Below, piece after piece: positions 24,481-37,320 of a stretch of 64,000 bases of DNA (position 1 is its first letter; each line of letters begins with the position of its first letter). Below the pieces are notes generated by a model. The model did no database searches. It worked only from the letters and a program-made list of their open reading frames with translations, and was not told the DNA's origin. The DNA lies in NCBI RefSeq assembly GCF_006345805.1, contig NC_043000.1:112158001-112222000 (forward strand). Direction: 5' to 3'. A program made the translations under genes and the position numbers. The DNA is from Octopus sinensis. Taxonomy: Eukaryota.

Positions 24481-26697
24481 AGAGCCTGGTACACCTGGTA
24501 TTGTCTGTCTTTGTTTTGAGCACATTCTCGTTCTATTTGAGATTTCAGCTTTTCCTATCCCAGCACATATTCACCACCACACAAGGAGCGAGAAGCAGAA
24601 TAGGCCGCTGCCAGCCAGCAAGCACTTGGGGCTCGTTTTCCAACTGCAGATATTTTGTTTCCATGAGATTCATTTTAAGGCCTTCTGCTTAGGCTACACA
24701 CACACACATGCACACATACACAAGCTTCTTCTGGTTTCCATCTACCAAATCCACTCTCAAGGCTTTGGTCCACCTGGAACCATGGTAGAAGGCACTTGCC
24801 CAGGGCACTGAATATGAAGCACTGTGGTTGAGAAGCAGCCATCTTAACCCCACAGCCACCCTTTCACTGTCCGTATCATCTCCTTCTTCCTTACATTCAA
24901 TTATTTCCCTTTACACTCACAGAATCTGCAATGTTGGCACACACTCATCACCATCCATGTCAACTCTTCTCTTTCTCAACACCCAACACACTTGTTCACT
25001 TGTGTAAATAACAAACACTTCTCTCTTTTCTTAACACACTCTTACAACCAATCTATCCTGGCTCAGTGCCACCACAAACTTACATCTTCCATTGAGCTTT
25101 GCTGTCTTTCATCTCCCTTCTCTATTTCTCTCTCTCTATCTCTTTTATATATATATGTATGTTCTATCTATTTCCCTATCTCTCTTTTCCTCTCCAGTCC
25201 CTCATCCTGTTGAAATCATCAATCAGATTAATCTCCGGTTGTTTTTTAATCTTCTTTCTCTTCCATCTTATTGTTAGTTTCTGTGTAACAATATAAAGAC
25301 AGTTCCTTGTCTCTCCATTATCAGGTTTGTGTCCAGGCAATAAGGCTGAATAAATAATAGAGAGTGTGTTTGAATTACATGCTTTGTAGGTCATAAGTCC
25401 ACACCTTCTGCAGGCATTTTGCTTTATTTCAAAGCAGAACAATTTTTATATATATATATATGTGTGTGTGTGTCACATCATCCGTTTTTCCGTCCTTGTT
25501 TTGTATACATTCGAAGTTTTTTTCCAAGGAATCTAATGCGCTTAGCTTAGTTTTTCCTTGGGGCTGGCCAGATTGGAGCAATCTCAAGATTAATCAGCTG
25601 AAATTGCGAGGATGATCCAGTTCCTGACTGAAGATTAAAGGCTTCAAATGACCCGTCCGTGTTTTTTGTATCGTTTTCTGGATGTTTTCCGTTCTTGTCC
25701 CATTTTGATGATGATATATATATATATATATATATTAACTCTCCATATTAACTTTGGTACCATATCCAGGGGGAGATTTGCCTCTTATCATAAGGTCATG
25801 TGACCAGAGCTGATCTACCACCTCTTAGGAGTGGGGGTATTACAAGGTTTCCATGTTTTACCTTGTAGTGTTTGTGTCACCATAGTGACAGAAGTGTTAG
25901 GGTATGTGCCTCCCCAATTATCATTTCTTGGTTAATTAAGTTTGGGGTTATACTTTGGTGAAATATCAAATGTTTATAATGCTGCTGGGAAATATCAGGA
26001 GCAACAGTTTTGTAATGAGATAATAGAGGTTGTGGCATCCAGGTGAGATATATGGAGGTGGGGTAGGTTATTGTAGTGGGCTCAGAGGTGGCTGTGTGGT
26101 TAAGTTTTCTTCCTAGCCACATAACTTTTGGTTCAGTCCCACTGTGTGGAACCTTGGACAAGTGTCTTCTATTATAGTCCTGGGCCAACCAAAGTCTTAG
26201 TGGATTTGGTGGATGGAAACTGTAAGAAGTCCTTCATGTATGTATATTTATATATATATGTCTGTGTGTGTGATAGAGTGTTATGTTTGTGTCTCCTTGT
26301 CTTGACATTGTGTGATAGCTGTAAAGGAATGTCACTGTCATACAAGCAGTGTCATTCATTTCCAGTATTCTCCAAAAACATGTCTGGCCATGGGCGAGAT
26401 ATTACTGAGCTTGGAAATAGGTGTGGGTTAGCAATATAGAAAGGGAATCTAGTTGTAGAACATCTGCCTCAAGGAACCCCATCTGATTCACACAATATCT
26501 TAATATCTGTTAGGGGCCATAATCTCTCAACTTCAATATGGTTTTTTGCCTTTCAGAAACCATATTGTTAGTCAGTGAGTAGAAAGAGAATGAAGACATT
26601 GATTAAATGTGTTCCTGGGGATGGCTGTTATCAGGTGGTCTTTGGAATGTCTTCTTGGCTGGTGGAAGTGGATTCACCTCAACGAGTAATGATTTTT

Positions 26698-26975
26698 GTT
26701 CCTTCTTGAGCCATGCCTGGCTCATAGGGCCAGTTTCCCGGTTTCCTTGGCATATAGTTTCCCCACCTGGATGGGACTCCAGTCCGTTGCAGGTGAGCTA
26801 CAAGATGCAGGAGGAAAGAGTGAGAGGAAGTTGTGGCAAAAGGGTCAGCAGAAGTTCGCCATTACCTTCTGCCGGAGTCGCATGGAGCTTAGGTGTTTCA
26901 CTCATAAACACACACACATCGCCCGGTCTGAGATTCAAACCCACGATCCCGAGTCCACTGCTGTAACCACTCCAC
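26698..26975 (-). mobile_element. tRNA-derived SINE (another family)
   Basis: Minus strand AGTGGTTACAGCAG...GGGTTTGAATCTC head and CCTGCAACGGACTGGAGTCCCATCCAGG core-like motif. Confidence 0.55.
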
Positions 26976-28066
26976 TAACGACTAATGATGGAGTAAATTG
27001 GTATCAGGGAAATTATCGTTCATAGAAGAAGGGACACCAAAATGAATGTCATGTGTCAATGTCTGAATACTGCTGTACTACAGGGAACCTTACAGCAGAG
27101 GTTCTTCCCCAAAGCATTTCAGAAGACCACCATTTATAACCCCCACTCCACCCCTCGTTCGTTCATGTCATGTGCTGTTTGCAATGTCTGGCAAGGGAGG
27201 TGACTCTCTATCTATAACATCCAGAGCGCATCTCAGAATATCACAACCTCTTCCAGTAAAGGCATTAGAGATGAGAATACTTGTAGACGTGGTTGGTGGA
27301 ATCAAAAGAGTTCTGGGCAGTGATCTGGGCAGTAAGATCTGATTTGACCCAGAATTATACAATAACAACCAGATGTCTCCAAATAATTTGTGTTTCTTTC
27401 TAAATCTTTTTTTCTTATCTAGAAATATTTCAATGTACTTGAGAGATATATTGTGGTGACCTACTTTGGAGAGGCTTTGTCTGTTGTTTGCTAAAACTTG
27501 TACATTTTCCATTAATGGCAACAGATGTTCTGACATCAGCTTGTGGCTAACTTGTAAACTCAGATGTTCTAAATATGTGACTCTGTATAAGATCCCATGT
27601 AAGACCAGTTGATTCCAAGGTGTGGTTATGACGTTACTCTTATGAGTTCTGGTGGAGCTCAATGCTGTTTAGTGCCAGTCAAGCAGACCAATAATCAAAG
27701 ACATTCCACCTGTGACCATCCTGTCTTTACAGATGGATTTTCACATTACATTATCCAACATGGCCTTTTCTCCAGAAACTAGGGACAGAGATTTACCTGC
27801 TGTTTTCGAGAGGCTGAACAGCCATACAAACATCTCATTATTGGTGCTTGTTAGCATTGTTTTTGTAATTTCAAATATGGTTCTCTTGTTTTGGAATATT
27901 TTCAGTTTGTAATTAAATCTAATGTATTCTTTGGTTTGGTGCAACATATGTTATTTTTTTAAGTAAGACAATTTAATTGAATGTATATACGCATCTGTAT
28001 ATAATATCATTATATAATATACGTAACAGTCTTTACATAATTATATATTACGTTTGGGCTACTCTA

Positions 28067-28368
28067 TGTGTGTGTGTGTGTGAGATAGTGTAGCAGTGGG
28101 AGGCTCCAAATACATTAGATGATGTTTTATAACCCCTGCTCTTATATAATAATAATAATAATAATAATATAATAATAATGGTAATGATACACTCCTTTTT
28201 CTAATTATTTTCTCAGTGTGTGTGTGTGTGTGTGTGTGTGAGATAGTGTAGCAGTGGGAGGCTCCAAATACATTAGATGATGTTTTATAACCCCTGCTCT
28301 TATATAATAATAATAATAATAATATAATAATAATGGTAATGATACACTCCTTTTTCTAATTATTTTCT

Positions 28369-28390
<22 letters not shown>
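28067..28390 (+). repeat. Near-exact tandem duplication (period 158 bp) bounded by (GT)n
   Basis: Unique segment AGATAGTGTAGCAG...TTTTCTCAG at 28083 and again at 28241; the copies differ by one AAT unit. Confidence 0.9.
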
Positions 28391-28399
<9 letters not shown>

Positions 28400-29520
28400 C
28401 ATGCTGGAACTAATGTGGTATTTTGTTCTGTTTACTTTCTAATTTTTGTTACTGTTTTTGGCTGGTGAAGGCAGGGGGAGGGAATTGTAGTTTATCATCA
28501 TCATCATCATCATCATTTGATGGGTTGCTCTCCTTTATTTATATCGATATTTTTTTTATCTTCGTTTTTATCTCTGGAATGGAATGAACCAAGAAATGGA
28601 TGCATCATTACCATCCTTGCTCAATGAACCTGATGTAAGGAAGGTGGGGAGGGAACCATGCTGGAACCTGAGAAAAACTGGGATTGACGGCAGCAGCAGC
28701 AGCACCAGTAGCAGTTAGCAGTGGATCTGCATGGTCTGCTGTGTAGTGACAGTGTAGTTAGAGCAGTTCGGGGAGTGGGTGGGGGGGGTGATGGTGGTGC
28801 TGACCAGTTGTGTTCAGTATTCATTTGAATATAGCATTGGTAAGGGTTTCTGTCTTGTTACCGTCAGCTCCCTAAATAGGACTGTAGGGGTGTCTAGAGT
28901 TGGTGCCATATTGCGTTTCTGTCTAGATTCTACAGAAGATTGGTGTATTCTCCTTCCAGGATCAATATCTGAGAAAGTAGGGCAAGATCTGACAGCAGGA
29001 ACCCTGTAGAGTGTATGTTACTAGGTAAGAAGCACAGGCTCCCAGAAATCCCAATTGGTGTCCCCACTAGGAATGGGGCACCTCTTAGATCTTGTTAAAG
29101 CTTGTCTCTAGAACCTGTTTCAAACCCAGGCTCTGTGTGTTCTGATAATCAGCAGTGACTTGGTTAGTGAATACTCTGCAGTGGTCAACAATTGGCAGCA
29201 AAATCACACTATCCCAAAAGTGTGTAAGCACGTGACTGGGGACTACATGTGAAATTGTATTCCCACTGACACTCCAAACATGAACTCTACACCTCGACAG
29301 CAAATGACTACAGCTACAGCACCTGTGCAATCTGAGGCACCTGCTCTCCTAGAGGCATTTGTCGAATTCATCAGATGTGGTCAGCATTCATGAGATACAT
29401 GATGAACTTGTTGATTGGAACCATCCCAACATACCCCAGGTGAATGCTGCCAAAAGTTCAAGTACTAAGTAAGGTCCCATTTCATATGGGTTACATACAA
29501 GATTTTTGTTTATGAAGGAC

Positions 29521-29954
29521 TCTTCAAAGCCACAGTCGAACCAGTTCTACTATGTGGCTCAGAAACCTGGACGTTATCAAAGAAGCTTGAGAGGCGGTTG
29601 GATGGAACTTACACTCGCCTCCTTATGAGAACTCAAAATCTCTCGTGGAAACGGCATCCAACCAAAGTACAAATATATGGGAAATTACCACCTGTATCAT
29701 CTCTTGTGAAAGGTAGAAGAGTCCAGTTTACTGGACATTGTTGTAGAGCTGAAAACGAGGTAATTTCTACTCTTCTCCTCTGGAAGCCATCTACTCGCGA
29801 TACCAGAGGACGCACACTCTCCTACCCTGATGTAATCTCCACGGATACAGGCATCCAGCAACAGGATTTCCGTAATGCTATGATGGACCGTGAAGTCTGG
29901 CATAACATAGTAAATTCCATTGTCTCGACCACGGTCGAACAATGATGATGATGA
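29521..29954 (+). mobile_element. RTE/RTE-X LINE, 5'-truncated 3' end
   Basis: LFKATVEPVLLCGSETWTL..LERRLDGTYTRLLM...GHC.R...W..IV open to the stop at 29945, then a (TGA)n tail. Confidence 0.85.
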
Positions 29955-30532
29955 CTCCCTAAATGTTTGTCCATTCAGGTATCTCATATGGTGGAGGTCA
30001 ATAAATGGTGTCCTTTTTCTCTCTTAATATTCCTGCGTTGTTTAGCACCAAACATACCCTTTCTTCTGACCATCACTTTTTAGTGCTTCTTTCTTTTCCT
30101 TTTGGTACCAGAGAGGCCATGACATGAACGTGTATGGCATCTTCAGGCCAGGAACTAAATAATGGTTCTGTGTCAGGTTTCAGTTCAATTGTGGACAAGC
30201 CATATGTTCACCTCTTCAGCAAGACACCTGCTAATGATGGTGGTGGTGGTGGTGGGATTGATAGTCTCTCACTTTCTCTCCCTGGTCATTTAATAACAGA
30301 AATTCTGATGAAAGACCAATACTTTAACTCTTTGGCATTTAAACTGGCCATATCCAGCCAAAGTATTTTAGCGGTTTTATGTTTGAAACTGGCCAAATCT
30401 GGCTTCTCACACCAACCCTACAATATTCGAAGAATTAACAGGCACCTCATCAAAATCTCGAAACTACAAGATAATGCATGAGTATTTCAAAACTATGAGA
30501 ATAAACAAGCATTACATTCAACAGAATAATCT

Positions 30533-31117
30533 TTCCTACTCTAGGCACAAGGCCCGAAATTTTGGGGGAGGGGGCCAGTCGATTAGATTTACCCCAGTAC
30601 GCAACTGGTACTTAATTGATCAACCCTGGAAGGATAAAAGGCAAAGTTGACATCAGTGGAATTTGAACTCAGAACGTAAAGACAGATGAAATACCGCTAA
30701 GCATTTCGCCTGGGGTGCTAACATTTCTGCCAGCTCACTGCCTTGACACTAAATATATTCTTTTCTACTCTAGGTACAAGGCCTGAAATATTGGGGGAGG
30801 GTGCCAGTCGATTAGATCGACTCCAGTACGCAACTGGTACTTAATTTATCAACCCCAAAAGGATGAAAGGCAAAGTTGACCTTGGCAGTATTTGAACTCA
30901 AAAAGAGGAAATACCTATTTCTTTACTGCTCACAAGAGGCTAAATGTAGAGGGGACAAACAAGGACAGACAAACTGATTAAGTTGATTATATTGACCCCA
31001 GTGCATAACTGGTACTTATTTAATCGACCCCGAAAGGATGAAAGGCAAAGTTGACCTTGGCGGAATTTGAACTCAAAACGTAGCAGCAGAGGAAATACCG
31101 CTAAGCATTTCGCCCAG
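30533..31117 (-). mobile_element. Chain of three SINE family A units
   Basis: Three reverse-complement cores near 30650, 30870 and 31050. Confidence 0.8.
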
Positions 31118-31447
31118 CATTCGACAGATTAATGCTAATACTAAAGGGTTGAACATGGCTTGGTTTGTTCTCTCGGTTAACATTGTTTTCACATAAAACC
31201 ACATTCTTGAGACTTCTTGGAAGTCCATTGTGAAAATAATTTCATGATTGCAAAAAAGGTGTGTGTGTGTGTGTGTGTGCACATATTTGTCACTGTATGT
31301 GTGTGATAAGTATAATATGTGTCGTTTGATATGGTTATGTGTGTCTAAATGGAATTGTTTCTATCGGTTTACTTATGATTTGTCTGTGAGATTAGGTGCC
31401 ATTTAGCCATGGGTGAGGCGGTAGCCATGTTTATATATGTGCTGCTT

Positions 31448-31478
<31 letters not shown>

Positions 31479-34400
31479 GTCGGTGTGTCCATGTGTGTTT
31501 ACAAAGGCGTGTTTGTTAGTACAGTTGCGCATGCTGGTATGTGGGTGGGATTGTGTTTGTGGAACTGTATTTAAGTGTTTGTGTGGGTGGCTTGATGGAT
31601 GGAAGTCTGTGCTGGGTGTGTCTCTGGGGTTGGAGTGGTGGTAGAGGCTAAGTCTAAGTTATTTGTTAAACTGAAGATTGGGGGTGGTGGTGGCCACAGA
31701 GATGCGATATACTGCAGCTCTAATGGAGAGAGCTAAGACAGCTTGTCTTTCCAGAAATATCCCCCACCCACAACACCCCACCCGCCGCCGCCACCACCAT
31801 CGGTTGACCGTGTACTTAGGTGCATGTGTTCCCTCAATGTCTTAACATTGAAGGAGAGAATGATAGAAATGGGAGGAAGAAAGGCACGTGTGGTGTATTT
31901 AAAGGTTTGGAAAGGGACGGCAGTGGTGGTGGTGGTGGATGAAAAGGTGGGGAAGGGAAATAAGGTAAAACTGCAGGGGAAGGAGTAGTGGGGGGGGGCA
32001 GTGTGGGAGAGTGTAAGGTTATTGAGTGCTAATGAAAGAAGGTAGATAAATAATGTTTGAATATTGGAGTTGGTTAAGGCATTGAGCTGGCAGAAGCAGT
32101 AGCACACCCGGCGAAATGCTTAGCGGTATTTCGTCTGCTGCTACATTCTGAGTTCAAATTCCACCAAGGTTGACTTTGCTTTTCATCCTTTCGGGGTCGA
32201 TAAATTAAGTACCAGCTGCGTACTGAGGTTGATCTAATCGACTCCACCCCCCACCCCCAACTCCCTAAAAATTTCGGGCCAATTGGTGTTGGTTGTTGCG
32301 CTCCAGTCAACTGTGATAAAGCAAAGCTATGATCAGAGGCATTCCATTAGTGACCATCTTGTCTATTTGCATTAAAACTGTGTAGGATGGCTACATTAGC
32401 TAATGTATCCTTTCGTTATCTAAGACATTAGGTGTGATATGAAGGGTATCTGACTGCTATTTCTAGCAAGATGATAGTCGTGGCAGTTGCAGTGGTAGCA
32501 ATGAGTGCCAGCAGTAATAGTTTTGGAGAGGTAGTCATGATGATGATGGTGGTGGTGGTGGTGATTGTGAGAATGATGGCAGTAGCTGTGATGCTAGTTG
32601 GAATAATAATAATAATAACAATAATAACGGTGAGTGTAGCATTGATGATAATAATAATAATAATAATTATGTTGTTAGTGGAGATGGGGGTTTGGGGGGG
32701 GGGTCTGCAATGATGTTTAGATGAGATTTTCAAGAAAAGTTTGCCTGCCGGATGCAGTTCCAATGTTGATATTTCAGTAGTAAAACCGGCAGGTACACTG
32801 CGGAGGGGAACGGGGTGATGGGGAGTTGATAAATTCCATACCCAAACTAACTCTGTGATCCAGTTTCAATTTTCAGTCGATGCCGCCTTCCTTTGCTTTG
32901 TCAAGGAATTTCCATATTTAGTGCTGTTGTGATGTAGGCTGTAACAGCAATTTCAAACAAGCAACTGTCCATGATTCCATGTCATGCACTCTGTTCTTCT
33001 GGTTCCGCCTTCAATATTCTGAGTTCAAATGCAGTCATGTTCAACTTCATTTTCCACCCTTTCAGGGCCAGTGAAATAAAATACCAGTCATATGCTGGGG
33101 TTACTGTAACTGACTAACCCCCCCCCCCCAAATTATTGACTTTTTACCTCAATCAGAAAAAAAAAATTTTTTTTTTGTAAAGAAATAGTTTAGCAGAATT
33201 ATTAGACTATCAGACAAAATGCTTTGTGTTTTGTGTGTGTGTGCTTCAGAGCTCAGTCTCTACCAAGGTCAGCTTTGTCTTTCATTCCTCTCGGATTGGA
33301 TCGTCTACGTCCAGTCCACTGCAGGACGAAGGCCTCAGCATGTTCTCTCCTCCAACCATGGTCTGATGAGGAGGCCCTGAATTTGAGCTTGAGATCACAC
33401 TGGTTTGGTGAGCCTACTCATCCACACTGGCTCAGTATGGCTTGGCAGAAGCTTTCATACTGTTACTTAGAAGTCGTTAAGTCAATTACATTGACCCCTC
33501 AGTACTCAACTGGTACCTTTATCGAAAGGATGAAAGGTCAAGTTAACCATGGCAGAGCTGGAACTCGGAATGTAACAACAGACAAAATACAGCTCAGCAA
33601 TTTACCCAGCATGCTAACAATCCTGCCAGCTTAACCCCTTGGGTTCATAAAATAAAGTACTTGTTGAGCACTGAAGTTGATGTAATCAACTAACCCCTTC
33701 ATTATCATCATCATCATTGTTTAATGTCCGCTTTGCATGCTGGCATGGGTTGGACAGTTTGACTGAGGACTGGCAAGCCAGGAGGCTGCACAAAGCTCCA
33801 GTCTGATCTGGCAAGATTTCTACAGTTGGATGCCCTTTCCAATGCCAACCACTCCAAGAGTGTAGTGGGTGCTTTTTACGTGCCACCCTCCCCTCCAAAA
33901 CTGCTGGCTTTGGTTCCTTTAAAAAAAAATTTATTATTATTCAACAGAACTGTTAGCATGTTGGAAGAAATGTTTTGTGGCATTAGTTTCTAGCTTTTTA
34001 AGTTCTGAGTTCAAATTGTGCCAAGGTTAACTTTGCCTTTTGCCCTTTTGGAGTCAGTAAAATAAAGTACTGCTGGAACAATGGGGTCAGTGTCATCAAT
34101 TTATTCCTACACCTAAAATTGCTGGCCTTGTGTTAAAATCTGAAACCATTATTATTTTTATTATCATTACTGACTAAAGTAACAGACTTTGGTTTCTTCA
34201 GAATTAAAGAAACAAATTCTAGTAATACACGTTGATTTAATCAGCAAATTATCCGCTGATCAGACTCTTCTTCACATCCAATGCATCTGTTTTCAACAAC
34301 AAAATCAACAGAGACTGCAGTAAGAAATCCCTTCCAAGGACATTTCATATGAAGTGTCTTTGTCAAAGGTAACATAATTCTGGGGAAGGATTTGATTTGA

Positions 34401-35974
34401 ACCTTTAACCTTTTGATTCACAAACTCTGTCACTTTATTGATAGCGGATGTACCCCATTGTTAACCTGATAATAGCCATGTTAGAGAGTGTCACCACATT
34501 GTCCTTTGGAATTAATCTGATTGTTAATTCCTTAAGACTTAATCTCTTTAGAGTTAATCCCTTTGTATTACTATAATCTCATGAATAAACTACTCTGGCT
34601 GAGTTCAATTTTTCGTCAGGGCACCAGAATTAAGGCTGTATACTTATATATGCCTGTGTATGTGGTGAGGTGTTGTTCATGTTAATGTGTGTGTCGGTGT
34701 GTGTAATCTTGATAAAGCAATATGGATGTGTGCCATTTGGCTTAAAAGGCCACCTAAATAAAATAATAACGAGGTTAAGTTCATATACGTGTGTGTATGT
34801 ATAAATATATATATATGTATCTATGTATGTGCACTTATGTGTGTGTGTGGACATTAAATGATTATATATCATCATCATCGTTGTTTAATGTTTGCCTTCC
34901 ATGCTAGCATGGGTGGGACGGTTTCACAAGAGAAGGCTAGGCCAAAGCCTGCACCAGGCTTCAGTGACTGTTTTGACAGGATTTTTACAGCTGGATGACC
35001 TTCCTAACACCAACCACTCTGCGGAGTGGACTTAGTGCTTTTTACGTGGTACAAGCACATGTGAGATCAGTTTTGGCTAGGGGTTTACAGCTGGATGCCC
35101 TTCCTGACACCAACCACTTTACACTTTACAGGCATGATAATGCCTCTAAGCCATACTCTCTTATAAGTGACAACTATGGTCAGATGTTTACACACACTCG
35201 CACTCACATGTATGTATGTAGGTATGTATGTATATATATATAGTAACAAACTGTGGAAAAGAAATCCTTCAAACGGGTGTGTTAAACATCCAATTCACTG
35301 GTACGTCAGTTGGATACCATATAAATAATTTATTGGATTGTCCATAGAATATCTCTAGCTTTAATTTATCTTTATATATAGATAGTTGAGGTGCATTGGC
35401 CCAGTGGTTAGGGCAGCAGATTCATGGTCGTAGGATCACGCTTTCTATTCCCAGACTGGACGTTGTGAGTGTTTATTGAGTGAAAACACCTGAAGCTCCA
35501 CAAGGTGGTGGTGGGGTGGGACCCTGCTGTACTCTTTCACCACAACTTTCTCTCACTCTTTCTTCCTGTTTCTGTTGTACCTGTATTTCAAAGCAGCCAG
35601 CCTTGTCACACTCTGTGTCATGCTGAATCTCCCTAAAAACTAGGTTACGGGTACCAGTGTCTGTGGGGTGCTCAGCCACTTGTACATTAATTTCACGAGC
35701 AGGCTGCTCTGTTGATCGGATCACCTGGAACCCTCATCATCATAATCAACGGGGTTCCATGATATATATATATATATATACGAGGGGCTTTGGTATCTAG
35801 AGGACCCAAAAGGCAGGTAAGGCTATGTAAGTATTATGGAAGAACTGCTATTAGACTCCCAGTTCGGTAATAGTATGAGTGAGGAGTCTAACGCTGGTCA
35901 TATGTGAGCGTGTGTATGTTGAATAAAAGCCAAGGCAGTGTGAAATTTCTAGGACATTTATAAAGAGAGAAGTA

Positions 35975-36022
35975 GCCTTACAGCTGTTTCAGGGACATGA
36001 GGGATATCCCATCATCAGAGAC
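35975..36022 (-). ncRNA. Minimal type I hammerhead ribozyme motif (antisense to host gene)
   Basis: GUCU CUGAUGA U GGGAUA-ucccuca-UGUCCC U GAAA C AGCU GUA|AGGC. Stem I GUCU/AGGC, stem II 6 bp, palindromic stem III loop. Confidence 0.7.
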
Positions 36023-36076
36023 AATATGAGAGAGTTAAAAAGAAGGAAAGAGTTAAATATTTAACTCTCTCATATT

Positions 36077-36124
36077 GTCACTGATGATGGGATCTCCTTT
36101 ATATCCCTGAAACAGCTGTAAGAT
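36077..36124 (+). ncRNA. Minimal type I hammerhead motif, sense strand, stem I closing pair mismatched
   Basis: GUCA CUGAUGA U GGGAU..AUCCC U GAAA C AGCU GUA|AGAU; A-A mismatch next to the core. Confidence 0.55.
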
Positions 36125-37228
36125 TACCATTTTCTATATAAATGTCCTAGAAAACTCACTCTGCCTTGGCTTTGTTATTTCATTTTATTCACACACACAC
36201 ACACACACATATATCATCATTTAACATCTGTTTTCCATGCTGGCATGGGTTGAATGGCTTGACTGAAGACTGGCAGGCCAGAAGGCTGCACCAAGCTCCT
36301 ATCTGATCCATCAAGGTTTCTACACCTGGATGCCCTTCCTGACACCAACCACTCCGAGAGTGCAGTGGGTGCTCTTTTACATGCCACTGGCACGGGAGCC
36401 AGTCAGGCAGCCCTGGCATTGATCCAGTTAACCTCTACCCTGCCATCTGTAAGACAAAAAAATATAGATCAGTTAGTAGAGTGACACCAACAACGATAAT
36501 CAATTTTTTTAATCAATGCTACTACTGCTACAACGACAACATCAATGTCAGCAGCAATCCATTTCAGATCAATGTTGAAGCAGCAACAACAACTGTTCAT
36601 TTTAAGTCAATATTAACAACAACAACAATAACTGCAAAGGCTAATATAAACTCAGTGAGACCTTCTCTTGATCTGCTAAATAATACTGCTAAATCTCTTA
36701 CCAATGACACCTTACTGTCTTGAAAGAAGAAGGGTGCATTCAAGTGGTTTTAGAAACTCCTAAATGTCAGGATGGCCATGGTTAGAATGTCTTTGATTTT
36801 AACTGTGCTTGAGCAGGACTGAGACAGAGGGACAGGTAAGTTTGTGAAAATGCTGTGGACACTGCCAGCTCTTCCTGTAAGATACACGCATACTGATAGA
36901 TGTTTGGAAATGCATTTATGCGTATGTGTATGTACACACGCACATACACACACAAATGAAATTTATTAAAAAAACATTTAAGTACCACTGGGTGCAACAC
37001 GCTTCTTACGAGGAGTACAATCAATATAATGAACCACACGTTCACTGCACGCATGCACACACACACACATCCATGACAGCTATGTTGGAATATGTAATGA
37101 AAACATGCAATAAGTTCTAAATAGTAAAATAATAATTATGTTGGTGATGGTGCTTTTGATGTAGCTTGAGGCCTGAGATTCTGCAGAATTGGTTAGTTGA
37201 TTACATCAACCCAAATTCTTTACTGATT

Positions 37229-37320
37229 AATAATAAGAATAATAATAATAATAATAATAATAATGATAATGGTAATAATAATGATAATAGTAATAATGAT
37301 AATAATAATAATAATAATAA
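37229..37320. repeat. (AAT)n microsatellite / 3' tail of the Tx1 element
   Basis: Directly visible, immediately beyond the Tx1 poly(A) signal. Confidence 0.9.

Larger units (their letters stand above)
35920..36181. mobile_element. Palindromic Penelope-like terminal-repeat element with two hammerhead motifs
   Basis: Arms 35920-36037 and 36061-36181 are inverted repeats; each contains CTGATGA...GAAAC-AGCT-GTA. Confidence 0.75.

Noticed and set aside
25620-25660. CTGAAGA motif (similarly at 53164 and 63345)
   Set aside because: No properly placed GAAA and no convincing stems I-III, so it cannot be supported as a ribozyme.
28880-29450. GC-richer, coding-looking segment upstream of the RTE tail
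   Set aside because: No recognisable motif in any frame; cannot be assigned.
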